This document shows positions 1 through 8,911 of a DNA stretch of 56,027 bases, piece by piece. Source of the DNA: Verrucomicrobiota bacterium (GTDB lineage: Bacteria > Verrucomicrobiota > Verrucomicrobiia > Limisphaerales > CANJSG01). Numbering within the stretch: position 1 is the first letter of the stretch; each line of letters opens with the position of its first letter. The translations under genes and the position numbers were made by a program. The notes beneath the pieces were generated by a model. That model was not told the DNA's origin. It worked only from the letters and a program-made list of their open reading frames with translations, and searched no databases. The stretch lies in NCBI GenBank assembly GCA_038209745.1, contig JBBQXJ010000024.1, positions 1 to 56,027 on the forward strand. Reading direction: 5' to 3'.

Positions 1-139
1 GCTCAACAGTGTTTTCAGCGCCGTGAAGCGCAAAGCGCGCGGCTATCGCAGCAGCGTCCACATGATCGCCATGCTCTACTTCGTCGCCGGCAAACTTGCT
101 ATACCCACCCTCCCCAGCCACCGAAAGTAGCGAGGAACC
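1..139 (+). mobile_element. Right end of an ISL3-family insertion sequence (contig break)
   Basis: Contains a transposase C-terminus followed by a terminal sequence ...GAAAGTAGCGAGGAACC (reverse complement GGTTCCTC..., like ISL3 GG(C/T)TC ends). The AT-rich 8-mer AGTATTTC at 140-147 is a candidate target duplication. Confidence 0.85.
2..130 (+). CDS. ISL3-family transposase, C-terminal fragment (partial)
   Basis: Frame 2 reads LNSVFSAVKRKARGYRSSVHMIAMLYFVAGKLAIPTLPSHRK*, which matches the ISL3 'N...KRxARGYR' C-terminal motif. Not in the ORF track. Confidence 0.85.
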   Translation, partial: LNSVFSAVKRKARGYRSSVHMIAMLYFVAGKLAIPTLPSHRK

Positions 140-3100
140 AGTATTTCCAACCCTTCTTAAAGCCTTGGCCGTCGGCCTGCTGGCTTCCCTCGCGCCGGTC
201 GCGATGGGTCAAACGACGACCTTATCCGACTCGTTCAATCGAAACGGACCGATCGCCGACAGCACGCCCGATTTGCCGGACTCCAACTTCCCCGGAACGT
301 GGTCCTCGCCCGGCGATGCCGCCGCCATCTGGAACACGACGACGGCCCAAGGCGGCCGACTCGTCTATAGCGGGATCACCAGCGGCCTAACCCGCCTGCC
401 GTTCGCTCCTCTGCCGGGCTTTGTCTACACGTTGAGCGTGACGATCAACATCGCAGCCACGCCGAACGACATGTGGATGAGCTTCGGCTTCGACGACGGC
501 AACACCGCGGCCAACTCGCCCGCGTCCCCTTCCGGCCCGTGGTCTTTGGTCAAACCGTCCGGGGCGGTCGAATGCTTTGCCAACGGCACGAGCACCACCA
601 TCGTCAGCCTGCCGGCTGGAACAGCCAACCGGGGCGGAACGAACAACCTGATGCAGATGGTCCTCGACACCACGGGGGCCAACTGGTCGATGCGGTTGTT
701 GGTGAATGGTTCGCAAAAGACGTCCCACACCTTCTTGGGTCAGCCCAACATCGCCGGGGTCGTCCTCGGAGAATACGCCGGCTCGAGCCAGCTGAGCGCC
801 ACCAACACCAGCCTCTCCGTGACCGCCTTCATGCCGACCGCTCCGGAGATCACGATCGAGCCCGTCGGCTTCACCAATTGGTTGGACAAGGCGGCTTCCA
901 TCTCCGTGTCGGCCTCCGGGGCCCAACCAATCTCCTACCAATGGCTGAAGAACGGCGCGGCGCTGTCCGGCAACGTCGCCGACAGCCTGCAGTTCCCCGC
1001 CTTGATCGGGACCGATTCCGGTGCCTACTCGGTCATCGTCAGCAATAGTCTCGGCGCCGTGACCAGCCGCGTGGCCGTCGCCTATGTGGAGACCTCCAGC
1101 GTGTTGCAGATCAGTCCCAAGCTTTCGATCGTCAGGCTTCCCGCAGTGTCCACCGACGCCTCTTCGGATATCGGGGGGGCCAACGTCTATTTGACCGCGC
1201 TCGACTTCGGATCCGATCCCAACCCCATCCTGGTCGGCGGCGTTCCGTTCCAGATGGTGAACCCTTCCGGCACCGCCTCGGCCAACGGCGTGGACCCGGT
1301 CCACGGTGGATCCTGGTCCCTCGCCTCGGCCTCCGGTCATGGCGCGGGCTCGCCCAACTTCACCGGCGAGATCGGCGACGCCAGCGGCGTGGCGGATCCG
1401 GCCGGCGCCACCTACCTGCTCCTGAGCGACGACACCTCCACCGGCACGGGCAACAGTCCCCTCGACTTCGTCAAGCTCTCGCTCGGCGGACTCACCTCCG
1501 GCGGGAAATACTCTTTGCGCTACTACTACCGGCAACTCGCCCTGGAGCCCGGCCGTCCCGTCACCTTTGACTTCAACGGCGACGGTTCGGACACGACGCT
1601 GAAGACCGACGTGGACACCGGCGGCGCCTACTACTTGAAGTATGACTTCACCGCCTCGACGAACTCCGTCGCCATGACCATGACCCAGGGTGCCGCCGGC
1701 AAGGGACTCGTCCTCTACGGCCTGACCCTCCAGCAGACGTCCGCGCCGGCCGTTCCTCCCTCCATCATTTCCCAGCCCATAGGTTTGACCAATTGGGTGG
1801 ATCTCGCCGGAAACCTCTCCGTTTCTGCCAGCGGCGCCCTCCCCCTTTCCTACCAATGGTTCCGCGGCGGAACCTCGGTCGCCGGCCTCACCGGCGCTTC
1901 GATCGACTTCGTCGCTCTCACCGGCACGGATTCTGGCGACTACACCGTCGTTGTGGCCAATTCCTTCGGCTCGGTCACCAGCGGCGTCGCCCGCGTCTTC
2001 GTTGTCACCAATGGCCAGATGGATCTCACACCATCGATCTCCATCGTGAAGCTGCCGGCCTTCGACACGGATGCCGCCACGCGCATCGGAACCACCAACA
2101 TCTACCTGTCCGCGCTCGACTTCGGATCCGACACCGCGCCGCTCTCGGTCAACGGGGTCGATTTCCAACAGGTCTCGTTGCCCGGGGCATCCAGCGCCAG
2201 CGGCACGGACGCGACCTACGGCGGCACTTGGAGCATCACCGGGAACAGGGGCACCAACGGCGTCGGTTTCGCCAACGCCGGGGCCGCGACCACGGAGGCG
2301 GATGGCGCCACCGCCTCGCTCTTGGCGGACTTTTCCTACCTCAATTCCGGCGCCGCCATCGGCGATTCCGCATCGCTCACTCTGGGCCGTTTGGTGCCCG
2401 GCGGCCAATACGCCCTGCGCTACTACTACCGCCGCTGGAGTGGCGACCGCCCGATCCGTTTCACCTTCAACGGACACGGCACCAATGAAACGGTCCGGAC
2501 CGACATCGACCTCGGCGGCGCCTATTTTCTGGAATATGACTTCACCGCTGCGTCCACCAACGTGACCGGCACTTTTGAGGCGCTCCAGACAGGTAACGGC
2601 CCCCATATCTACGGGGTCACCCTCCACCAGACCGCCGCCCCGGCCGTGCCTCCCACCATCGTCGCCCAACCGGCCGGCATCACGAATTGGTCGGGCCTGG
2701 CCAGCAGCTTCTCCTTGCAGGTCGCAGGCGCCCTCCCGCTCCACTACCAGTGGTGGCATGACGGGGCGCCGATCGACGGCGCGAACAGCGCCTCGCTCAC
2801 GCTGACCGGCCTCGCCAGCGCCAACGACGGCGACTATCGGGTCGTCGTCACGAACGCCTCCGGTTCCGTCACCAGCAGCGTGGCCAAGGTCCTTGTGGTG
2901 ACCGGCGACCTCATGCAGCTCACCCCCACCACCGCCATCCGGCGTTTGCCCGCTGCGGGAACCGACGCTGCGTCGACCCTCGACGCGACCAACACCTACC
3001 TCGCCGCCCTCGACTTCGGCAGCGACACGACCCCGTTGACGATCAACGGGGTGACCTTCCAGCAGCTCACCCTCGCCGGCACCGGCAGCGGCGCGGATGG

Positions 3101-3758
3101 CAGCCATCCGTTGAGCAGCGGCACCGACGCCACCTACGGCGGCACGTGGAGCCTCGCGGGATCCTTCACCGGCGCCGGCGGCTTCGCGAGCCACAGCGCC
3201 GCCACCGACCAGGCGGATGGAGCCATGGCCTCCCTTTTGGCCGACTTCACCTATCTGAACGGCACGGTCGTCCCGGGCGACAGCACGACCCTCACCCTCG
3301 GCGGGATCAAGCCGGGCGGCGAATATGTCCTCCGCTACTACTACCGGAAATGGGACGTGAACAGGGTCATCCGTTTCACCCTCAACGGACAGGGCTCCAA
3401 CGAGGTGGTCCAGACGGACCTCGACCTTGGCGGCGCCTACTGTCTGGAATACGCGTTCACCGCCACGTCCACCGACGTGGTCTCCGAACTCGAAGCCCGG
3501 GTCGCCGGAAACGGCCCGCACATCTATGGCGTGACCTTGCAGCAGACCAAGGCCGCTCCGGACACCGTGACGCTCGTTTCCGTCCGTGCGGGCAACAGCC
3601 TCACCCTCTCGTGGGATGCGGGCCATGCCGGCTACATCCTTGAAAGCGCCGATAGCGTGACGGCGGCGGTTTGGAATCCCGTCTCCGGCGTCGTGGGCAA
3701 CAGCGTAACAGTGGACACCGCGTCCGGAACGCGCTTCTATCGTCTCAAGAACCCATGA
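96..3758 (+). CDS. Large secreted protein with 3x (Ig-like + ~210-aa repeated domain) and C-terminal F[YF]R domain; native 5' end probably displaced by the ISL3
   Basis: Signal-peptide-like h-region LLKALAVGLLASLAPVAMG. Three Ig I-set-like units (SYQW..G...D.G.Y.V.V.N..G.VTS) and three copies of an ALDFGSD...LRYYYR domain. The only upstream start is a TTG at 96, inside the IS. Confidence 0.85.
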   Translation: MLYPPSPATESSEEPVFPTLLKALAVGLLASLAPVAMGQTTTLSDSFNRNGPIADSTPDLPDSNFPGTWSSPGDAAAIWNTTTAQGGRLVYSGITSGLTRLPFAPLPGFVYTLSVTINIAATPNDMWMSFGFDDGNTAANSPASPSGPWSLVKPSGAVECFANGTSTTIVSLPAGTANRGGTNNLMQMVLDTTGANWSMRLLVNGSQKTSHTFLGQPNIAGVVLGEYAGSSQLSATNTSLSVTAFMPTAPEITIEPVGFTNWLDKAASISVSASGAQPISYQWLKNGAALSGNVADSLQFPALIGTDSGAYSVIVSNSLGAVTSRVAVAYVETSSVLQISPKLSIVRLPAVSTDASSDIGGANVYLTALDFGSDPNPILVGGVPFQMVNPSGTASANGVDPVHGGSWSLASASGHGAGSPNFTGEIGDASGVADPAGATYLLLSDDTSTGTGNSPLDFVKLSLGGLTSGGKYSLRYYYRQLALEPGRPVTFDFNGDGSDTTLKTDVDTGGAYYLKYDFTASTNSVAMTMTQGAAGKGLVLYGLTLQQTSAPAVPPSIISQPIGLTNWVDLAGNLSVSASGALPLSYQWFRGGTSVAGLTGASIDFVALTGTDSGDYTVVVANSFGSVTSGVARVFVVTNGQMDLTPSISIVKLPAFDTDAATRIGTTNIYLSALDFGSDTAPLSVNGVDFQQVSLPGASSASGTDATYGGTWSITGNRGTNGVGFANAGAATTEADGATASLLADFSYLNSGAAIGDSASLTLGRLVPGGQYALRYYYRRWSGDRPIRFTFNGHGTNETVRTDIDLGGAYFLEYDFTAASTNVTGTFEALQTGNGPHIYGVTLHQTAAPAVPPTIVAQPAGITNWSGLASSFSLQVAGALPLHYQWWHDGAPIDGANSASLTLTGLASANDGDYRVVVTNASGSVTSSVAKVLVVTGDLMQLTPTTAIRRLPAAGTDAASTLDATNTYLAALDFGSDTTPLTINGVTFQQLTLAGTGSGADGSHPLSSGTDATYGGTWSLAGSFTGAGGFASHSAATDQADGAMASLLADFTYLNGTVVPGDSTTLTLGGIKPGGEYVLRYYYRKWDVNRVIRFTLNGQGSNEVVQTDLDLGGAYCLEYAFTATSTDVVSELEARVAGNGPHIYGVTLQQTKAAPDTVTLVSVRAGNSLTLSWDAGHAGYILESADSVTAAVWNPVSGVVGNSVTVDTASGTRFYRLKNP

Positions 3759-3790
3759 CCTCCCAGCGCACCAATTGACCAACTGCATCC

Positions 3791-3816
3791 GGGCCGGACG
3801 GGCAACCGTCCGGCCC
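3791..3816 (+). terminator. Intercistronic hairpin (terminator or mRNA stabiliser)
   Basis: 11-bp stem GGGCCGGACGG/CCGTCCGGCCC with GCAA tetraloop; only a weak U-tract follows. Confidence 0.5.
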
Positions 3817-3836
3817 AATTTCACGCTTCATTTCCC

Positions 3837-4604
3837 ATGAGCACTCCATCCCTGTTCCGTTCCCGCCGCGCTTTCACCCTGATCGAGCTGCTGGTGGTCA
3901 TTGCGATCATCGCCATCCTCGCCGGCATGCTGCTGCCCGCCTTGGCCAAGGCCAAGGCCCGCGCCCAGAACATCAGTTGCCTCAGCAACATGAAGCAGCT
4001 CGGCCTGTGCTGGATCATGTATTCCGCAGACAACAGCGACAAGCTGGTCCGCAACGATCTGCCAACGAGCTCGGCCTCCTGGATCGCCGGCGATGTCACC
4101 ACGTCTGCCGGTGCCACCAATGTCCTGAACCTCAAGAACGGCCAGCTCTACGTCTACAACACCTCGGTGAAGATCTATCAATGCCCCGGGTCGCTCGCCG
4201 ATTGGCCCAAGGGGCTCGGCCGACCCGCTGGCGCCTCGATGGTCCGCACGGTCTCGCTCAACATCCGCATGGGCGGCAACATCAACCTCGGCTACGCCTC
4301 GCTGTTCAAGAAGGCCGGCGACATTACCGCGCCCGGCCCATCGGCCGCGTTGACCTTCATTGACGAGAGCCTGAACACGATCGACGACGGGGTGTTCGCG
4401 ATCCCCCAAGACCGGCCCAACCTTTGGCAAAACTCACCGACCATCCGGCACGGCAGCGCCTCGACCCTGTCTTTTGCCGACGGCCACTCCGAGAGCTGGA
4501 AATGGAATCAGTTGAAGACGGAGCAATACCTCGACGTCACGGCGACTGCCGCAACCAGCCTCACCGAACTCAGGCGGATGCAAGGCGCGGTCTGGATCAA
4601 GTGA
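3837..4604 (+). CDS. Prepilin-type N-terminal cleavage/methylation protein with H-X9-DG domain
   Basis: [27 protein letters not shown] at the N-terminus; [13 protein letters not shown] gives H-X9-DG near the C-terminus. Confidence 0.93.
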   Translation: MSTPSLFRSRRAFTLIELLVVIAIIAILAGMLLPALAKAKARAQNISCLSNMKQLGLCWIMYSADNSDKLVRNDLPTSSASWIAGDVTTSAGATNVLNLKNGQLYVYNTSVKIYQCPGSLADWPKGLGRPAGASMVRTVSLNIRMGGNINLGYASLFKKAGDITAPGPSAALTFIDESLNTIDDGVFAIPQDRPNLWQNSPTIRHGSASTLSFADGHSESWKWNQLKTEQYLDVTATAATSLTELRRMQGAVWIK

Positions 4605-4680
4605 GACCTGGGGTCTCGCATCTTGGACCGGCCCATTCCAACGGAGCGCCCGTCCCGATCATTCTCTGAAGCCGCATTAC

Positions 4681-4704
4681 TAATCGGCCCACGATAAGTT
4701 GACT
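4681..4704 (+). promoter_or_regulatory. Candidate LysR autoregulatory dyad plus -35 box
   Basis: TAATC-N7-GATAA (4681-4697) lies directly before TTGACT (4699-4704), upstream of the LysR ATG at 4736. Confidence 0.35.
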
Positions 4705-4735
4705 TCATCCCGGTCGGAGAGTTCGCTCAAGATCC

Positions 4736-5629
4736 ATGCAGATCGACAGTCTCAAGGTGTTCTGCGACCTCGCCGAAACCGAAAGCTTCACCAAAGCGGC
4801 CCGCATCAACGGTGTCACCCAATCCGCCGTCAGCCAGCAGATCGGCTCGCTGGAACGGCAGTTCAAGACCCTCCTGATCGAGCGGAGCAAAAAGAAGTTC
4901 CGCCTCACCCGCGAGGGCCAGGTGCTCTACGACTACAGCAAGCAGATCATCCAGACGTATGACACGCTTCTGAGCCGCCTACAGGAGATCAAGGACATCG
5001 TCTCCGGCACCATCCGCGTGGCGACGATCTACTCGGTCGGACTGCACGATCTGCCGCCCTATCTGAAGTCTTTTCTGAGGCAATTCCCCACGGTCAACGT
5101 TCACGTGGAATATCGCCGCGCCAACCAGGTCTACGAAGACGTGCTCGGCAACGTGGTCGATCTTGGGCTCGTGGCCTATCCGGTGAAGGACTCCAAACTG
5201 GAGATCATCCCCCTGCGCAATGACCGCCTTGTCCTCATCTGTCATCCGAACCACCCGTTCGCCAAGAAGGAATCGGTCAAGCTCGAGGCGCTGAACAAGG
5301 CCAAGTTCATCAGCTTCGAACCGGACATCCCGACGCGCAAAGCCATCGACAAGCTGCTCAAAGACGGCGATGTGGAGATCCAGCACGTCATGGAGTTCGA
5401 CAACGTCGAGACCGTGAAACGCGCCGTCGAGATCGAAGCGGGCATCTCCATCGTGCCCCGGGGCACCGTCCACCAGGAAGTCGCCGGCGGGACCCTCTGT
5501 CAGGTCAACATCGAGGGCCCCGAGCTCTATCGCCCGCTCGGCGCGATCCACAAGAAGAACAAGGTCCTCAGCCCCGCGATGAAGCACTTCCTCAACATCC
5601 TGAAGGGCGATCTCCCGGCGAAGGTTTGA
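4736..5629 (+). CDS. LysR-family transcriptional regulator
   Basis: N-terminal HTH SFTKAARINGVTQSAVSQQIGSLE; 297 aa; substrate-binding domain with ETVKRAVEIEAGISIVP. Confidence 0.96.
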   Translation: MQIDSLKVFCDLAETESFTKAARINGVTQSAVSQQIGSLERQFKTLLIERSKKKFRLTREGQVLYDYSKQIIQTYDTLLSRLQEIKDIVSGTIRVATIYSVGLHDLPPYLKSFLRQFPTVNVHVEYRRANQVYEDVLGNVVDLGLVAYPVKDSKLEIIPLRNDRLVLICHPNHPFAKKESVKLEALNKAKFISFEPDIPTRKAIDKLLKDGDVEIQHVMEFDNVETVKRAVEIEAGISIVPRGTVHQEVAGGTLCQVNIEGPELYRPLGAIHKKNKVLSPAMKHFLNILKGDLPAKV

Positions 5630-5658
5630 CCTGAAAAGCAAGACCTCGGTGCAGAACC

Positions 5659-5909
5659 GGTAGGACGACGGCTCCCGCCGAGCTGCCTTGGGCCGAGCTT
5701 CGTTCTCAGCCGGAACGAGGCAGTGGGAGTCTGCGTCCGAAGCGAGGCGGAGCCCCGTAGGACGAGGTTCCCTGCCCGTCACAACGAGGTCTGGAGGGAA
5801 TCACTGAACGGCGAGAGCCTAGCACGATGGGCAACCCAGGGCTCTTGCCGCGCCCCGTAGAGCAGGCTGGGAGCCTACCCTCCTTTGGACTGCTTCGTTC
5901 CGGCTAAGA
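5659..5909. repeat. REP/MITE-like cluster of GTAG-headed imperfect palindromes and a 21-bp inverted repeat
   Basis: GGTAGGACGACGGCTCCCGCCGAGC at 5659 and GTAGGACGAGGTTCCCTGCCCG at 5757, with an inverted degenerate copy at ~5860-5883. Inverted repeat 5704-5724 / 5889-5909 matches at 19/21. Confidence 0.6.
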
Positions 5910-5913
5910 GCAA

Positions 5914-5949
5914 CACTGGCGACTCCGGAACGTTCCGGAGTCGCCAGTG
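5914..5949. terminator. Perfect 36-bp palindrome between convergent genes (possible bidirectional terminator)
   Basis: CACTGGCGACTCCGGAAC|GTTCCGGAGTCGCCAGTG, with no U-tract. Confidence 0.55.
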
Positions 5950-6018
5950 GATCTTGCGCGACGTAGGTCAACCATCCGGCGGCTTTCGGGAGCCGTCGCC
6001 CTGCCTTTTTTGACTCGC

Positions 6019-8169
6019 TCAATTCCCCGACCGCAGTGTGACGATGCGGCCCTGGGACATGCGCTTGATCGACAGCCGCAGATCGCCGCCGACGGCGGTC
6101 AACCGCTCGAAGTCCGCCACGGAATTGACCGGCTGGTCGTTCACATGGGTGATGAGCTCGTAGGGCTTGATGCCCGCGATGGACGCCTTGCCACCGGGTT
6201 CGAGCTTGGACACCACCACGCCGGGCTGGTCTGCGGTCCGTTGCAGATAGTGGCGCACCTCGTAGGTCAGATCCTTGACCGTGAGTCCCAGCGTGTCCGA
6301 CTTCACCTTGTTGGCCGACTGGTAGTGGGCCGGGCTCGGGGTGACGGTGAATTCGTGGCTCTTCGCCACGCCATTGGAGACGTATTCCAGGCGGAACTTC
6401 CCGCCGAATCCAAGCTCGGTCAGGACGCGGTTGACCGTGTTGTCCACCGGAGGCCAAGGCGAGGGGAGGCGGTCGAAGAACTGTTCACGGAGCTGGTCGA
6501 GACGATCCCACGGGAACATGTCGCGCGACCGGTCCTCCTCGATGCGGATCTCGATCGGCGCCGCCTGGCCCGGCGCCACTACCCGCAACAGAATGTCGCC
6601 CGTCTTCACTCCCGCCTCGGACGCCGGCGAACCGGGGTACACATACGTCACCAATGCGCCGGTCTGCCCGTCCCGTGTCTGGTCGGCCACGTTGTTGGCG
6701 CGGGCCAGATCCTGGTCGAGGCTCTGCAGCTCGACGCCCAGCCAGGCGACACGGCCCGCGTCCGCCTCGGACAACGGCACGTTCGCGGGATCGGAACTGG
6801 TCGCGAGATCGCCCAGCGCCTCGGAGACATACTTTGCCGGCACCATCATTTCACGGGTGTCGAACCGGCTGCTGCGATCGAGCGAAGCGTTGCCGCGGAG
6901 AGCCATCGGCACGGCCACGAGCCGGGCATCCTGATCGAAGAGGAAGATCCCGCTTTGATCCTCGTAGAGCCGGGAAAAGATCCGCTCCTTGGCCCCCATC
7001 TCGAACCACAGAAGCCGTTCCCGGTTGAAATAGGCGGACCGCTGTTCCCCCAGCACCATCACCTCGGAGCGCAGCAGCAGTTTCATCCGATGGTCGCGCA
7101 GATCCGCGATCGACAGCTGGACACCGTTCCCGATGGACTTGTCCAGCGTCAGGATCAAAGCCCCGAAATCCTTGAGCGACGCGGTGAACTTGCCCTCGAT
7201 CACTTCGTCGCCCACATGCACGCGGATCCGCTCCAGGCGCGCCGTCACCTTGGGCGGCAGGGCCAACGGCACCAGCACCCGGCTCCCGCCGATGACGATG
7301 CCCACCACGTTGCGCTCGGTCGCGCTCTCCATCGGGTCCTCGTCGAAGCCGCGCCGCAAAGTGGACGCCATCGCCGAGGCGACGGTTGGGCTGCGGAAGT
7401 TCAAGGTGACGTGGACCAGTCCAGTGTCGGTCGATTTCTCCAGATCCTTCAAATGGCGCTCCATCTGCGCCTGCGTCCACATCGGCCACGTCATCGGTGA
7501 ACCGCGCCAACCGGATTCGGCCGGGGTAAAAGGCTTGATGGCCACGCCCACGGGGTTGCCCTTCTTGTCGGTGATGAGCATGTCCGCCTGGATCGGCACG
7601 TCGGCCTCGCGGCCGTGCCATTTCAGCAGCGAAGCCGAGAACCCGGAGACCGTCGCGGCCCATTCGCCGTTGTAGAACGTATAACCGACGGCCGAGAACG
7701 GCCCCGCCGCATCGTCCTTGAACTTCGACTCCTTGATCCCGGCCAAAGGCGCCGACAGCCGGAGGATCAACGCATCGCGGTCCAGGACATAGAACGCCGG
7801 CGTCGCCTCGACCTCCTGGTCGCCCTTGCGGACGGTGATCTTCTTGATGAAACGCGGGTGGACCATCGGATCGGTCAGCATCACCAGATCCTTGCCCACG
7901 ACGAAGCCGCCGGATTCCCACGGCCGTTCCTCGCGGATCAGCTGGTTGAGATCCATTTCGCCGGCGGCCGCCCGGCCCAAGCCGCTCGACTGTCGGGTGG
8001 GCCCGTCGCTGCCATCGAACTGGAGGTGGAACTGGACGCGGACCAAGTAAGGATCGGCATTGGCCAGAAGCGCCTTCTGGCTCTCGACGTCCTTGGTCTC
8101 GGCGGCGCGGGCGGCGAACGGGATCAACCCGATCAACGCGGCGATCAACAGGGTGCGGAATGGTTTCAT
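6019..8169 (-). CDS. Secreted PDZ-domain protein with degenerate trypsin-like domains
   Basis: Start taken at MKPFRTLLIAALIG (signal peptide). PDZ motifs AWLGVELQ..., YPGSPASEAGVKTGDILL and GGKASIAGIKPYELITHVN. No GNSGG motif. Confidence 0.85.
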   Translation of the reverse strand: MKPFRTLLIAALIGLIPFAARAAETKDVESQKALLANADPYLVRVQFHLQFDGSDGPTRQSSGLGRAAAGEMDLNQLIREERPWESGGFVVGKDLVMLTDPMVHPRFIKKITVRKGDQEVEATPAFYVLDRDALILRLSAPLAGIKESKFKDDAAGPFSAVGYTFYNGEWAATVSGFSASLLKWHGREADVPIQADMLITDKKGNPVGVAIKPFTPAESGWRGSPMTWPMWTQAQMERHLKDLEKSTDTGLVHVTLNFRSPTVASAMASTLRRGFDEDPMESATERNVVGIVIGGSRVLVPLALPPKVTARLERIRVHVGDEVIEGKFTASLKDFGALILTLDKSIGNGVQLSIADLRDHRMKLLLRSEVMVLGEQRSAYFNRERLLWFEMGAKERIFSRLYEDQSGIFLFDQDARLVAVPMALRGNASLDRSSRFDTREMMVPAKYVSEALGDLATSSDPANVPLSEADAGRVAWLGVELQSLDQDLARANNVADQTRDGQTGALVTYVYPGSPASEAGVKTGDILLRVVAPGQAAPIEIRIEEDRSRDMFPWDRLDQLREQFFDRLPSPWPPVDNTVNRVLTELGFGGKFRLEYVSNGVAKSHEFTVTPSPAHYQSANKVKSDTLGLTVKDLTYEVRHYLQRTADQPGVVVSKLEPGGKASIAGIKPYELITHVNDQPVNSVADFERLTAVGGDLRLSIKRMSQGRIVTLRSGN

Positions 8170-8431
8170 GAAATGGAGATCAATACTCGGAACCGGTTTG
8201 AAATTCTTGGGCAATATCGATGGGGCACCAGCAGTGCGGCAGATCGGAGCCCCAGCGTGAGCTTTGGTTTGAGGGCCGATCCAGACAAGCTCCGGCGGAT
8301 CGGCAAAAGGCTTCTTCCATTTCTCCGAAGCTTTTTGAACTTCATTCCCTACAGGTGCCAGCCCTCCGGGTTGAATTCCGGTCCGCTCAGAGCCTTCGCC
8401 AACTATAAACCGTCGTCCTCTCATTCGCTGA

Positions 8432-8848
8432 TCAGGGTTGATGCCGTTGAATCAGCACCGATACCAACCCAAAGCCGGCTGTAGCTGCCAAAATGGCGAG
8501 ATAAGTCAGACGACGTGACAAGCGGCTGCTTTCAGCTGAAATCGGACGGAAGCGCGAACCAGTTCGCTGGCGGTTTCGTCGGCACCAGTCATAAGCCGCG
8601 AATAGCACAATCCCGAAGACTGCAACCATGGTTACAGTCCGCGAAAAAAAAGCCCACAGTAAGAATACCAAGGGGACCGAAGTAAACTCGGGGGCAAACA
8701 CAAATGCAGAAATGACTCCAGGAGGTTGATCATAAGCGAGGGCTCCACAAATACGGCAGTTGGCAGGCCAGCCTCTGCTGAAGTGACTGTGCGAGCTTGC
8801 GACAATCCCGGGTTGCCCGCAGTTGGGACAATCAAACGTCTCGCTCAT
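8432..8848 (-). CDS. Small membrane protein with N-terminal CxxC...CxxC zinc ribbon
   Basis: MSETFDCPNCG...NCRICG followed by ~3 hydrophobic segments; visibly lower GC than its neighbours. Confidence 0.65.
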   Translation of the reverse strand: MSETFDCPNCGQPGIVASSHSHFSRGWPANCRICGALAYDQPPGVISAFVFAPEFTSVPLVFLLWAFFSRTVTMVAVFGIVLFAAYDWCRRNRQRTGSRFRPISAESSRLSRRLTYLAILAATAGFGLVSVLIQRHQP

Positions 8849-8911
8849 TTGAGGCCTCTTAGACGTTTTGCATCTCTGCTTCGCTGCGAGAATAGATTCC
8901 ACGGTTAGCGG

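Noticed and set aside
387..3824. 1145-aa minus-strand ORF, and similar long shadow ORFs (e.g. 5947-7500, 16798-18966, 46688-49306, 50989-53154)
   Set aside because: Antisense or alternate-frame shadows of real genes in high-GC DNA; Arg/Gly/Ala-rich with no recognisable motifs.
8849..8911. Possible attC around the zinc-ribbon gene (GCTAAC on the minus strand)
   Set aside because: No matching GTTRRRY partner or L-box symmetry.
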